A stretch of DNA of 10,589 nucleotides from a candidate division CSSED10-310 bacterium (GTDB lineage: Bacteria > CSSED10-310 > JAFGJC01), in NCBI GenBank assembly GCA_016929305.1, contig JAFGJC010000471.1, forward strand, positions 1-10,589. Reading direction: 5' to 3'. The notes beneath the pieces were generated by a model, which saw nothing but the letters and a program-made list of their open reading frames with translations, ran no database searches and was not told the origin of the DNA. Numbering within the stretch: the first letter of the stretch is position 1; each line of letters starts with the position of its first letter. Shown in pieces: positions 1-7,204 of this stretch. The position numbers and the translations under genes are program-made.

Positions 1-218
1 AAATAACACTTCGTGGCAATGTTCTTCCGGTCGGGGGTATTAAAGAAAAAATACTTGCCGCCTATCGAAGCAATATTGAAATGGTGATTTTACCGAAGCG
101 AAACAAAAAAGATCTCGATGAAATACCGGAATACGTAAAGAAAAAATTGAATTTTAAATATGTTGAAACTATCGATGATGTACTGAAGATCGCATTTCCA
201 AAAGTTGAGGAAATCTAA
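1..218 (+). CDS. lon: ATP-dependent Lon protease, C-terminal fragment (5' partial; the gene begins upstream of the window). Stop codon TAA at 216-218.
   Basis: Reading from position 3 gives [71 protein letters not shown]. This matches the conserved Lon proteolytic-domain C-terminus (…LRGxVLPIGGLKEKxLAAhRxGIKxVxIPxxNxxDLxEIP…). It is not in the ORF track because it has no in-window start. Confidence 0.9.
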   Translation, partial: ITLRGNVLPVGGIKEKILAAYRSNIEMVILPKRNKKDLDEIPEYVKKKLNFKYVETIDDVLKIAFPKVEEI

Positions 219-1129
219 ACTCTCAATGCGACAAGAGCGCGGAACAGCTTAAAACGCTGTTCTACCTCTGAACCGGTTATTTCTGCGAGTTTCCACGGAC
301 CAAACGATGTGATATTGAAGGATGCCATCACCGATCCATAAATCATGGCTTTTTTAAGAGTCCCAGTCGTTACCTTTCCCGAACGGGCTAAAGATCCCAT
401 GAACCCGCCTGCAAATGAATCTCCCGCACCGGTTGGATCAACAACAAGCGATTCCGGATAACCAGGCACATAAAACCACGATTTATCATGATACATTAGC
501 GAACCGTATTCGCCCCGTTTAACGATAACTGTTGACGGTCCCATTTTTTGTACTGAAGTTACAGCTCTCGTTATATTAATCTCACCAGAAAGCATCCGGA
601 TCTCATTTTCATTTATTATCAGTAACTGGACGTGCTTTAAGGTTTTTCGAAGCATTTGCAGATAGCCGTCAATCCAGAAATTCATTGTATCCAGAGCAAA
701 AAGCTTGGCATTTTCTATTTGTTCAATAACGCGGAGCTGAAGCTCAGGGTGAATATTACCCAGGAAAACCCATTTTGAATTTCGATAATGGCGGGGTATG
801 ACCGGGCTGAAATTTTGAAAAACGTTGAGTTGGGTATCTAGAGTTCTGGCTTCGTTCATCGAACCGCTGTATTCCCCTTTCCAGCGGAAAGTTTTACCTT
901 TGGAAATTTGAATTCCCGTTATGTCGATTTGGTTTTTCATCAACAAGTTTTTATAGGTTTCCGGGAAATCTTCGCCAACAACACCGACGACATTTACCGG
1001 AGAAAACCGTGAAGCCGCCAGGGAAAAATATGTCGCTGATCCACCAAGCATCTCGTTATGCTGCCCTGTCGGTGTTGTTACACTATCAAGAGCAATCGAA
1101 CCGACAACTAGTACTGACATACGTCTCAT
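215..1129 (-). CDS. PfkB/ribokinase-family carbohydrate or nucleoside kinase. The likely true start is the ATG at 1120 (MSVLVVGS…), which has an AAGGAGG Shine-Dalgarno at proper spacing. The ATG at 1129 sits only ~2 nt after the SD.
   Basis: The N-terminal [10 protein letters not shown]…[12 protein letters not shown] and C-terminal [15 protein letters not shown] (the DTxGAGD motif of the ribokinase/PfkB superfamily) are both present. The 3' end overlaps the lon stop by 4 bp, tail-to-tail. Confidence 0.85.
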   Translation of the reverse strand: MRRMSVLVVGSIALDSVTTPTGQHNEMLGGSATYFSLAASRFSPVNVVGVVGEDFPETYKNLLMKNQIDITGIQISKGKTFRWKGEYSGSMNEARTLDTQLNVFQNFSPVIPRHYRNSKWVFLGNIHPELQLRVIEQIENAKLFALDTMNFWIDGYLQMLRKTLKHVQLLIINENEIRMLSGEINITRAVTSVQKMGPSTVIVKRGEYGSLMYHDKSWFYVPGYPESLVVDPTGAGDSFAGGFMGSLARSGKVTTGTLKKAMIYGSVMASFNITSFGPWKLAEITGSEVEQRFKLFRALVALRV

Positions 1130-1148
1130 TCCTCCTTTACATTGCAGT

Positions 1149-1994
1149 TTAACTCAAATAATCCTTGAGTTTTCTGCGTGATGCCACACGCTTTAATTTT
1201 TGGATAGCTCGTTGCTCAATTTTTCTTATTCGCTCTCGAGTTAATCCATATTTATTGCCTATTTCCTGTAATGTTTTTGGTTTGCCATCAAACCCATAGT
1301 GCATTTTCAATATTTCAGTTTCTCTGTCATCAAGACACGCCATCAACAACTCCACCTCATCAGCAAATGCATCTTCCATCACCTGGTCTTCAGCGGAAAC
1401 TGTTTCATAGTCCATTAGATCTATAAATTTTAAAGATTCATCTTCGTTATCAGAATGTGGTTCAATGGGGAGTGAAGCGCGGGTAGTCCGAAGTAAATTC
1501 TCTATCTCATTTTCAGGAATACCCATTGAATCTGAAAGTTCAGTGATTGTTGGCTCATGCCCTAACTCCTGTGTCAATGTCTGGATTCTTTTATTAATAC
1601 TGCTAAGTAAATTGGCTTGACTTTGCGGAAGTTTAACAATTCCAGACTTTGCTGAGATGGCATAAAGAATAGCCTGACGCACCCACCACACAGCATAGGT
1701 AATGAATTTGACACCCCGTTCTGGATTGAACCGCTTGGCAGCCTCAATGAGTCCGATTGTACCTTCATTGATAAGATCTTCCAGGGGCATGCCTGATCCG
1801 AGGTATTTTTTTGCTATAGAAACAACAAATCTGAGATTCGCTTTTACCAGTTCCTGGATCGCCGATTCGTCTCCCTCCTGAATTCGACGAGCGATTTCAG
1901 CTTCTTCCTCCTTGTCAAACATTCTGTATTTATTTATTTCCTGTAAATATTTCGAGAGGGAATTCTGATCTTCCATTGGCTTGTCAGTCCTCAT
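1149..1994 (-). CDS. RNA polymerase sigma factor, sigma-70 family. It is a short (281 aa) RpoD-like form lacking region 1.1, which resembles the compact primary sigma of the Bacteroidetes/FCB group.
   Basis: Region 1.2 (LSKYLQEI), region 2 (ANLRFVVSIAKKY…LEDLINEGTIGLIEAAKRFNPERGVKFITYAVWWVRQAI), region 3, and the region 4 HTH (LQEIGNKYGLTRERIRKIEQRAIQKLKR) are all recognisable. The start ATG overlaps the upstream hspR-like stop (ATGA) and is preceded by AAGGA 8 nt upstream. Confidence 0.9.
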   Translation of the reverse strand: MRTDKPMEDQNSLSKYLQEINKYRMFDKEEEAEIARRIQEGDESAIQELVKANLRFVVSIAKKYLGSGMPLEDLINEGTIGLIEAAKRFNPERGVKFITYAVWWVRQAILYAISAKSGIVKLPQSQANLLSSINKRIQTLTQELGHEPTITELSDSMGIPENEIENLLRTTRASLPIEPHSDNEDESLKFIDLMDYETVSAEDQVMEDAFADEVELLMACLDDRETEILKMHYGFDGKPKTLQEIGNKYGLTRERIRKIEQRAIQKLKRVASRRKLKDYLS

Positions 1995-2401
1995 GACGTT
2001 TCCTTATCATCCGATCTTTTTTCTATATGTATTACCGTTTTATAGGGAGATTTGATTAGGATACTTTCGAATCGATTCCGCAATTCCTCATCGCTTCGAC
2101 ATAATTCCTCCTGAATGTATCGAATTAATGTTTTAAATTCAGCCTGCATACTTTCAATTTCGCGTTTAAGACGCAGAATGATTTCTGTTCCCGCAATATT
2201 TACTCCCAGTTCGCGTGTCAGGGTAATAACACGGCGTATATCATCGATATCATCTTCGGAATAAAGCCTGGTATTCCCGTCTGAACGGGATGGTTTGATC
2301 AACCCTGATCTTTCATAATTCCGAAGTGTTTGGGGATGAATATCAAGTATTTTCGCGATTGCTGAAATCAAGTATTTAGGTTCATCGCGTTCGGGTTTCA
2401 A
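1991..2401 (-). CDS. hspR: MerR-family transcriptional regulator, HspR-like (heat-shock repressor type). It appears to use a TTG start at 2401, preceded by GGAGAGTGAGG.
   Basis: YLISAIAKILDIHPQTLRNYERSGLIKPSRSDGNTRLYSEDDIDDIRRVITLTRELGVNIAGTEII aligns closely to the Streptomyces/Helicobacter HspR winged-HTH (…[32 protein letters not shown]…RRYSxxDIELLRQVQQLSQDEGINLAGIKRII…). A C-terminal coiled-coil follows. The identification is from memory of the HspR family. Confidence 0.8.
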   Translation of the reverse strand: MKPERDEPKYLISAIAKILDIHPQTLRNYERSGLIKPSRSDGNTRLYSEDDIDDIRRVITLTRELGVNIAGTEIILRLKREIESMQAEFKTLIRYIQEELCRSDEELRNRFESILIKSPYKTVIHIEKRSDDKETS

Positions 2402-2408
2402 TTTGACC

Positions 2409-2828
2409 TCACTCTCCTAACAATTGTGTAACGACACATCGATGCCGGGATTTGTTATCGAAATCCAGCAGTAATATCTGCTGCCACGTCCCAAGTATAA
2501 GACGATTACCTTTTACGGGAATGGTAATATCCGGTCCGATCAAAGCTGCACGGACGTGGGAATGTCCATTACCATCATGCCATTTCAGATTGTGATGGTA
2601 GGATATCGTTTCTGGAGCCATCCGATCAATTGCCAATTGGAGATCTTTTACGGCGCCCGATTCAAATTCGATAGTCGTAAGTCCGGCAGTAGCACCGGGG
2701 ACAAAAACAACGGCAATGCCATTGATGAGTCCAGATTCAGTAATGATCTTCTGGACATCTGATGTGATATCTACGGCATGGCCATGACCTTTAGTTTGAA
2801 TATGAATCTCGGCTGTATGAACAATCAT
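2409..2828 (-). CDS. yjbQ: YjbQ/UPF0047-family protein (annotated as 'secondary thiamine-phosphate synthase enzyme').
   Basis: The family hallmarks are present: DITSDV…GIAVVFVPGATAGLTTIEFESG…DLQ…HHNLKWHDGNGHSHVRAALIGP…TIPV…G.LILGTWQQILLLDF. The size (139 aa) is typical. Confidence 0.85.
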   Translation of the reverse strand: MIVHTAEIHIQTKGHGHAVDITSDVQKIITESGLINGIAVVFVPGATAGLTTIEFESGAVKDLQLAIDRMAPETISYHHNLKWHDGNGHSHVRAALIGPDITIPVKGNRLILGTWQQILLLDFDNKSRHRCVVTQLLGE

Positions 2829-2846
2829 GCACGATTCGCATCAAAA

Positions 2847-3872
2847 TTATTGGGATGCAGACGGTTTAGATTTTGGAAACATGGAACCGAGTACACCGGA
2901 AAGATCCATCACGGAAGTGCTGGTATCGCCCGTCGGGATTCCCCAGACTTGGAAGCTTTCGCCCAGATGTTTCGCAAATTCCATTCGCACCAGCTGTTCA
3001 GCACCGTTTCCGGACAATGCTTCTACCAGTGCTTTTTGAGCTTTAGCCTGAGCCAGCCCGACCTCTTCAATACCCAACGCTTCACGCTGTTTTGCATATA
3101 GGTTTGCATCAGCCGATAACTCGATTTTTTTAGCTTCACCCTGGGCTTTCTTTACCATCGCCAATCGTTCACCTTCTGCTTCAGCTTCCGTTTTCTTCGC
3201 AAGTTCTTCTGCTGCCAGACGCTGTTCCACAGCAATACGCTTCATTTCAATTGCAGCCTGATACTCCTCGGTAAATTCAAATCTTCTGAACAGAATCTCC
3301 GTAATAATCAATCCAAATTCCGTTGTCCCGGTTTGTGTTTCAGTACCGCTATTTACAAGTTCTCTTATTTCTTTTGCTACTTTCTGCCTTGTTCTTCCAT
3401 CATATATTTCTTCCGCTGAATATTCGCCAAGTTTGTTATTGATCAGGGATCGTACGGTGGGTCGCACTATATTCGTAATAAACGTTTTTCCATATCGGCG
3501 GTGAAGTTCGGGAAGTTTTTCGAAATCCAGTCTATATCGAACAGTCACATCAATCCAGGCTTTTTGACCGTCTTTTGTTTTAAAAGAAACATCATCGCGA
3601 CCTCCATCCTGATCCTGGAACATGTCATAGTGCATTTCCTGTACCGGATAAATATCAACGATGGTTAGATGCGGAATATTTATATACAGACCGGGTTCGA
3701 GCGGTACGGGAACAATACCCTGTTTGAACCAACCGCTCTTTCCAAATCCCTGTCCAAAACCCAGCATATTCGTTCGGACACCACCTTCCTGCGGTCCAAC
3801 CTCAGAACATCCAAAAATAAAACCGATGATAGCGATGACTACAATTACAATCAGTATTGAAAGTTTTCTCAT
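2847..3872 (-). CDS. SPFH/band-7 (stomatin/prohibitin/HflC-like) membrane-anchored protein. The N-terminal signal/anchor carries a possible lipobox-like FGC. The ORF track's GTG start at 3878 is probably an extension; the ATG at 3872 has an AGAGAGG SD 7 nt upstream.
   Basis: An N-terminal hydrophobic segment MRKLSILIVIVVIAIIGFIFGC is followed by a band-7 core (…FKTKDGQKAWIDVTVRYRLD…IVRPTVRSLINNKLGEYSAEEIY…RQKVAKEIRE) and a long Ala/Glu/Lys-rich coiled-coil (EQRLAAEELAKKTEAEAEGERLAMVKKAQGEAKK…), which is typical of HflK/C-type SPFH proteins. Confidence 0.85.
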   Translation of the reverse strand: MRKLSILIVIVVIAIIGFIFGCSEVGPQEGGVRTNMLGFGQGFGKSGWFKQGIVPVPLEPGLYINIPHLTIVDIYPVQEMHYDMFQDQDGGRDDVSFKTKDGQKAWIDVTVRYRLDFEKLPELHRRYGKTFITNIVRPTVRSLINNKLGEYSAEEIYDGRTRQKVAKEIRELVNSGTETQTGTTEFGLIITEILFRRFEFTEEYQAAIEMKRIAVEQRLAAEELAKKTEAEAEGERLAMVKKAQGEAKKIELSADANLYAKQREALGIEEVGLAQAKAQKALVEALSGNGAEQLVRMEFAKHLGESFQVWGIPTGDTSTSVMDLSGVLGSMFPKSKPSASQ

Positions 3873-3894
3873 GATCACCTCTCTTTTAATTCAA

Positions 3895-5157
3895 TCATAA
3901 ACTATCCTGCAATTCAGGAACACTTTCAGGATGTGTATAATTCCCGGGAAAAAATGACGGATCCATATGCTCTTTTCTTAAATGAACAGTCTGAATATCA
4001 TCTTTGGTTCTGGGTTCGCCGTCTGCACCTTTGCTGCTGAGCATGTAACCTTCCGCTGTTTTTGTATACACAACAAGATTGCCCCAGCTGTCAGTCAAGT
4101 CATCATCGGATAAATAGCCGTTTTCAACAAACTCATTGGAAAAATCGGGATATTGATTGTAAATCAGTCGATAAGTAGAAAGCGCAAACTGTATTTGATC
4201 CATTTTTGCTTTAGTCCGTATTTTATGCTCTGTTTCCAATCCCTGCCATTCAAACATGAGGAAAAGTCTGAAAGGCATAAGCCATAAGAAAATCAAAAGC
4301 ACTATGGCAACACCCGGAATAATCAAATACTTCAGTTTTTCCTGGATTACCTGTAGATGTGAATGCCATTTTGTAACCATCTCTGATTTCGGCTTCTCCG
4401 GCACAGGAATGAGGACAACGCCCAAGTCTTCCAGATCCACGAGAGCTTGGTAACTGTAACCAGGAAACTGATGACAGCTTTGAACGATTTCATTAACCGT
4501 GAACAGACCATTTACATAGTTATATACTCTTTCCTGCAATGCAGACAACATAATGGTATTGTCAGGCAGCTGTTTTTCGGAAACTTCCGCACGTTCCGGA
4601 ACAACTCTGATTTCCGGAATTAAACGGGGAATTGCGTCAAAATCAGGAATCTGCTGCTTGATCCAATCCCATGTTTTCAGGAAAGTGTCGCCCGTTTCTG
4701 CATATTCCATTAAATCAATGGGGCGAGCAGTCTCCCTATCATAAGTAACATTCTCCTCCGATCTGAAAACAAAGAATCCATGCTGCCAAATAAAACATGG
4801 AAAAATAATCAATAGCATCTGATCTTCCAAAACATCCATAAGTTGTTCCAGATTGACCAAATTTTCTTCCAAAGCAAGATATCCGAATTTTCTGAAAACG
4901 TTGTTCTGGACATCCAGTAGATGCAACAGTTTTTCCTCTGTAAGTAATCCTCTTTTGCATAGAAGCTGCCCTATCCGAATTTCCTCCTGTGGATAATGTG
5001 ATTCTGCTCCCACACATAACCCAAACTCAAATACCATGACAACGGTATCAGTTTCACCTTGAATCGTCAGAACTCCAGTAGCCTTATCAAGAACGATTTC
5101 TTTGACAAGTTGATAAAACAGATGGTCCCGAAGACTCCCTTCCAAAGGAAAATTCAT
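3895..5157 (-). CDS. Multidomain membrane protein of unknown function. It has a cytoplasmic DUF4388-like domain containing two tandem MshEN-type putative c-di-GMP-binding motifs, one TM helix (~4252-4335), and a periplasmic domain that resembles the type II secretion pseudopilin GspG C-terminal domain (~3985-4227) without any prepilin leader. The ATG at 5157 overlaps the upstream stop (TGATG); the ORF track's first codon at 5160 is TTG.
   Basis: Motifs: RIGQLLCKRGLLTEEKLLHLLDVQ – NNVFR – KFGYLALEENLVNLEQLMDVLEDQ, versus the published MshEN consensus RLGxxLLxxGLIxxxxLxxALxxQ – 5 aa – repeat. TM helix: KYLIIPGVAIVLLIFLWLMPF. C-terminal domain: AKMDQIQFALSTYRLIYNQYPDF…DSWGNLVVYTKTAEGYMLSSKGADGEPRTKDDI, which aligns to GspG …DIVALENALDMYKLDNSVYPTT…[38 protein letters not shown]. 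Confidence 0.8.
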   Translation of the reverse strand: MNFPLEGSLRDHLFYQLVKEIVLDKATGVLTIQGETDTVVMVFEFGLCVGAESHYPQEEIRIGQLLCKRGLLTEEKLLHLLDVQNNVFRKFGYLALEENLVNLEQLMDVLEDQMLLIIFPCFIWQHGFFVFRSEENVTYDRETARPIDLMEYAETGDTFLKTWDWIKQQIPDFDAIPRLIPEIRVVPERAEVSEKQLPDNTIMLSALQERVYNYVNGLFTVNEIVQSCHQFPGYSYQALVDLEDLGVVLIPVPEKPKSEMVTKWHSHLQVIQEKLKYLIIPGVAIVLLIFLWLMPFRLFLMFEWQGLETEHKIRTKAKMDQIQFALSTYRLIYNQYPDFSNEFVENGYLSDDDLTDSWGNLVVYTKTAEGYMLSSKGADGEPRTKDDIQTVHLRKEHMDPSFFPGNYTHPESVPELQDSL

Positions 5158-7040
5158 CAATCTGTCTCCCTAATAATCAGCAATAGAGAAAAACAATAAA
5201 TGATCAGCATTAAACTAATGAGAATGACTGTTTCATAAAGTTGACCCAACTGAGGAACCAACCAAGACACTGGAAGCCACGTTTGAGCGGTTATCAGAGT
5301 TGACAGCGAAAACGACCAAAGCAGAGCCAGTATAAATCCTGAAGTCAATCGACCATCATAGACTGCTCCCATACCGGGAAACAGCACCGTAAGGCAGATT
5401 TTCGTCAGTTTTCTTCTTCTGACTCTTGTATTGACATCACGCAGATTTTTATCCCTGTCTTTCGGATCGACCTGCCCCTTTTTGGTAATCATCATTTGGC
5501 AATGAGAACAGAATTTTTTCGAGTCCGAATTTTTTTGACAACGAGGGCACATGGATGCACCACATTTTATACAAAATCGGCTGACATTCATTCGTTTTGA
5601 AATTGCCGGGATGATTAAAAAAATAACAAAAACCGAAAAAAGAACTGTAAGAGCACTCCGCATTCCCAGTCCCGGTCCTAATTTTCGCCAGTGATTTTCC
5701 TGTTCAGCGAACGATCTTTCATAAAATTGCTCAAATTCCTGCCAAATCCATTTTTTAGGGAAAAGACCATCCAATAACATGCGGTTCGGATTGGATGATA
5801 GATTATCTGTGAATTTCGAAACGAGTTTTGGATTAAGGTCGTTCGCCTTCTTCAACATACTGTCCATTTGCTGAAACTTGAACTGATGTGAGTAGGCTTT
5901 CGATAAATTACAATAGATAGCTGCATTATTAGGGTCCGTATTTTCTGCTTTGCGATATTCCGCAATTGCTTCTCCAATATTGTTTAAAATAAAATAGATA
6001 TTACCCAAGTTGAGATGTCCTATCGCATCTGATCGTTCAATTCGTGTGTATTCCATATATTCTTTTAGTGCGTCGAAGTAATAACCACCCCGTTTATAAA
6101 GCATTCCCTTCAGGAAATGCATATGTGCTTTTGATGATGATCTATCAAGATGAGCTGACAAACGGTCAATACTTTCCGCAGAATATCCCGCACCATGATA
6201 GGTATATGCCATAACCTGAATCAGCCCATCATCGTGTGCAAGCAAAACGGCAACACGAAAAACATTTAGGGGAAGGATAGCGAATAAAAACAGATATGAA
6301 AGCATCAACAGAGTGCGCTCACGCTTTCCAATATAGAACGAAAGCAAGAGCAACCACCAGAGAAACATCCAAAAAACACCAAAACCAAGCAAAAACGGCA
6401 AAACCAGTATTAAAATCACAAATATCCAAATTACTTTGGGCGGTACTTTCAGTGGCAGCCGTTCGAGTATTTCATGATGAAATAAATTGCTGTAACGAAC
6501 CACCAAAGCTGTCACGAGAATAACCATATTTATCAGAAACGTTAAAATAAGAGTGTTGCTGAGGTTACCGAGTAAAATAAGCTGTTGGTAAATATTTGAA
6601 AAAGCTTTCCAATAGGTAAGAAAACTTGTTAAAAAAGGTCCGAATACCGAAAAGATGTTTTTCTTGAAGGATACAACAATGCGTCCTCTGGCAGCAGGAA
6701 TAAAACCACCATCCATCTCTAAAGCACTCTCTAACGCCCAGAGTGCGGCGTCATAACGTTCCTGCTGGACAAGTTTCTGAGCGGAAACGACATAAGCTGC
6801 AGCAAGCTGAGGACTTAACGTTACTCCGTTGTTAAGGTTATAGTCGATGAGTGTCTCTTTGGCAGCAGCCATTACAATAGCGTTTGCATAACGATCGAAA
6901 AGACGCTCCGCCTGGATCTGCCAGAGCTCGTCGATACTCTGAGTGTTCTCAGCAGCACTGCATACGTTTGCTAACACAAACGTAAAAAGCAACATTAAAC
7001 ACACGATACCCGTTGGTAAAGAAATCCGATTCCATTTCAT
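5157..7040 (-). CDS. Large polytopic membrane protein with a cleavable signal peptide. It has a periplasmic helical N-domain, a ~5-TM bundle, TPR repeats (~5865-6152), a treble CxxC zinc-ribbon (5499-5573), and a C-terminal TM hairpin with a PG-x-G-x-x-Y-x-G motif. The ATG at 7040 (MKWNRIS…) is the likely start; the ORF track's TTG at 7049 is an extension.
   Basis: Signal peptide: MKWNRISLPTGIVCLMLLFTFVLANVCSA|AE. Hydrophobic helices lie between residues ~130 and 270. TPR-like repeats: AHMHFLKGMLYKRGGYYFDALKEYMEYT…AIGHLNLGNIYFILNNIGEAIAEYRKA…AAIYCNLSKAYSHQ. Zinc ribbon: CIKCGASMCPRCQKNSDSKKFCSHC. C-terminus: LFPGMGAVYDGRLTSGFILALLW plus a final TM. I could not assign a confident family. Confidence 0.8.
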   Translation of the reverse strand: MKWNRISLPTGIVCLMLLFTFVLANVCSAAENTQSIDELWQIQAERLFDRYANAIVMAAAKETLIDYNLNNGVTLSPQLAAAYVVSAQKLVQQERYDAALWALESALEMDGGFIPAARGRIVVSFKKNIFSVFGPFLTSFLTYWKAFSNIYQQLILLGNLSNTLILTFLINMVILVTALVVRYSNLFHHEILERLPLKVPPKVIWIFVILILVLPFLLGFGVFWMFLWWLLLLSFYIGKRERTLLMLSYLFLFAILPLNVFRVAVLLAHDDGLIQVMAYTYHGAGYSAESIDRLSAHLDRSSSKAHMHFLKGMLYKRGGYYFDALKEYMEYTRIERSDAIGHLNLGNIYFILNNIGEAIAEYRKAENTDPNNAAIYCNLSKAYSHQFKFQQMDSMLKKANDLNPKLVSKFTDNLSSNPNRMLLDGLFPKKWIWQEFEQFYERSFAEQENHWRKLGPGLGMRSALTVLFSVFVIFLIIPAISKRMNVSRFCIKCGASMCPRCQKNSDSKKFCSHCQMMITKKGQVDPKDRDKNLRDVNTRVRRRKLTKICLTVLFPGMGAVYDGRLTSGFILALLWSFSLSTLITAQTWLPVSWLVPQLGQLYETVILISLMLIIYCFSLLLIIRETD

Positions 7041-7190
7041 CCTGCTCAAATTACCATAGATAGTAGTCGTTATTCAATCGTGATAATTCCATATGGTCCC
7101 ACTCATTGGGAAACCAATAAAAACCACAAGCTGAGAAGCAATTGCCACCTCTAGATCTTCTCTGACTTTTCCGGCATAGCGTAAGGATTC

Positions 7191-7204
7191 ATTCAATATT
7201 GAAT
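7191..7204. promoter_or_regulatory. Perfect 14-bp palindrome ATTCAATATTGAAT, a candidate operator, in the 209-bp divergent intergenic region between the 7-gene minus-strand cluster and the plus-strand small gene.
   Basis: The sequence is its own reverse complement and sits ~55 bp upstream of the ATG at 7259. It is flanked by the partial repeat GGATTC…ATTGAT. Confidence 0.4.

Noticed and set aside
1574-1768. Small ORFs lying inside larger genes on the opposite strand or in an alternate frame: 1574-1768, 2556-2762, 2778-3101, 2827-3039, 3661-3900, 3669-3860, 4256-4453, 4553-4744, 4739-5017, 6296-6523, 7704-7895, 8319-8579, 8381-8572, 9320-9562, 9593-9778, 10145-10342.
   Set aside because: All are fully embedded in, or antisense to, longer ORFs with clear homology-supported products. 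They are low-complexity with no motifs. I treated them as shadow ORFs. The last three overlap the untracked GT4 reading frame.
4756-4818. The hydrophobic segment MLLIIFPCFIWQHGFFVF (residues ~115-132 of the fusion protein) could be a second TM helix.
   Set aside because: It contains Q/H/P/C and matches the conserved W-x-x-G-x-F-x-F end of the DUF4388 fold, so it is more likely a buried beta/helix core. Only the segment at ~4252-4335 is a convincing TM.
5499-5573. The CxxC-x4-CxxC-x9-CxxC region might indicate a separate small zinc-finger gene or a frameshifted fusion.
   Set aside because: The reading frame is continuous with the flanking TM segments and shows no internal start or SD signal. 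It is best read as an integral zinc-ribbon domain of the large membrane protein.
7041-7058. A near-match to the Bacteroidetes -7 promoter motif TAnnTTTG (TAATTTGA) just upstream of the 7040 start codon.
   Set aside because: It is one base off the consensus and only ~3 nt from the ATG, which would make the mRNA leaderless. It is not convincing.
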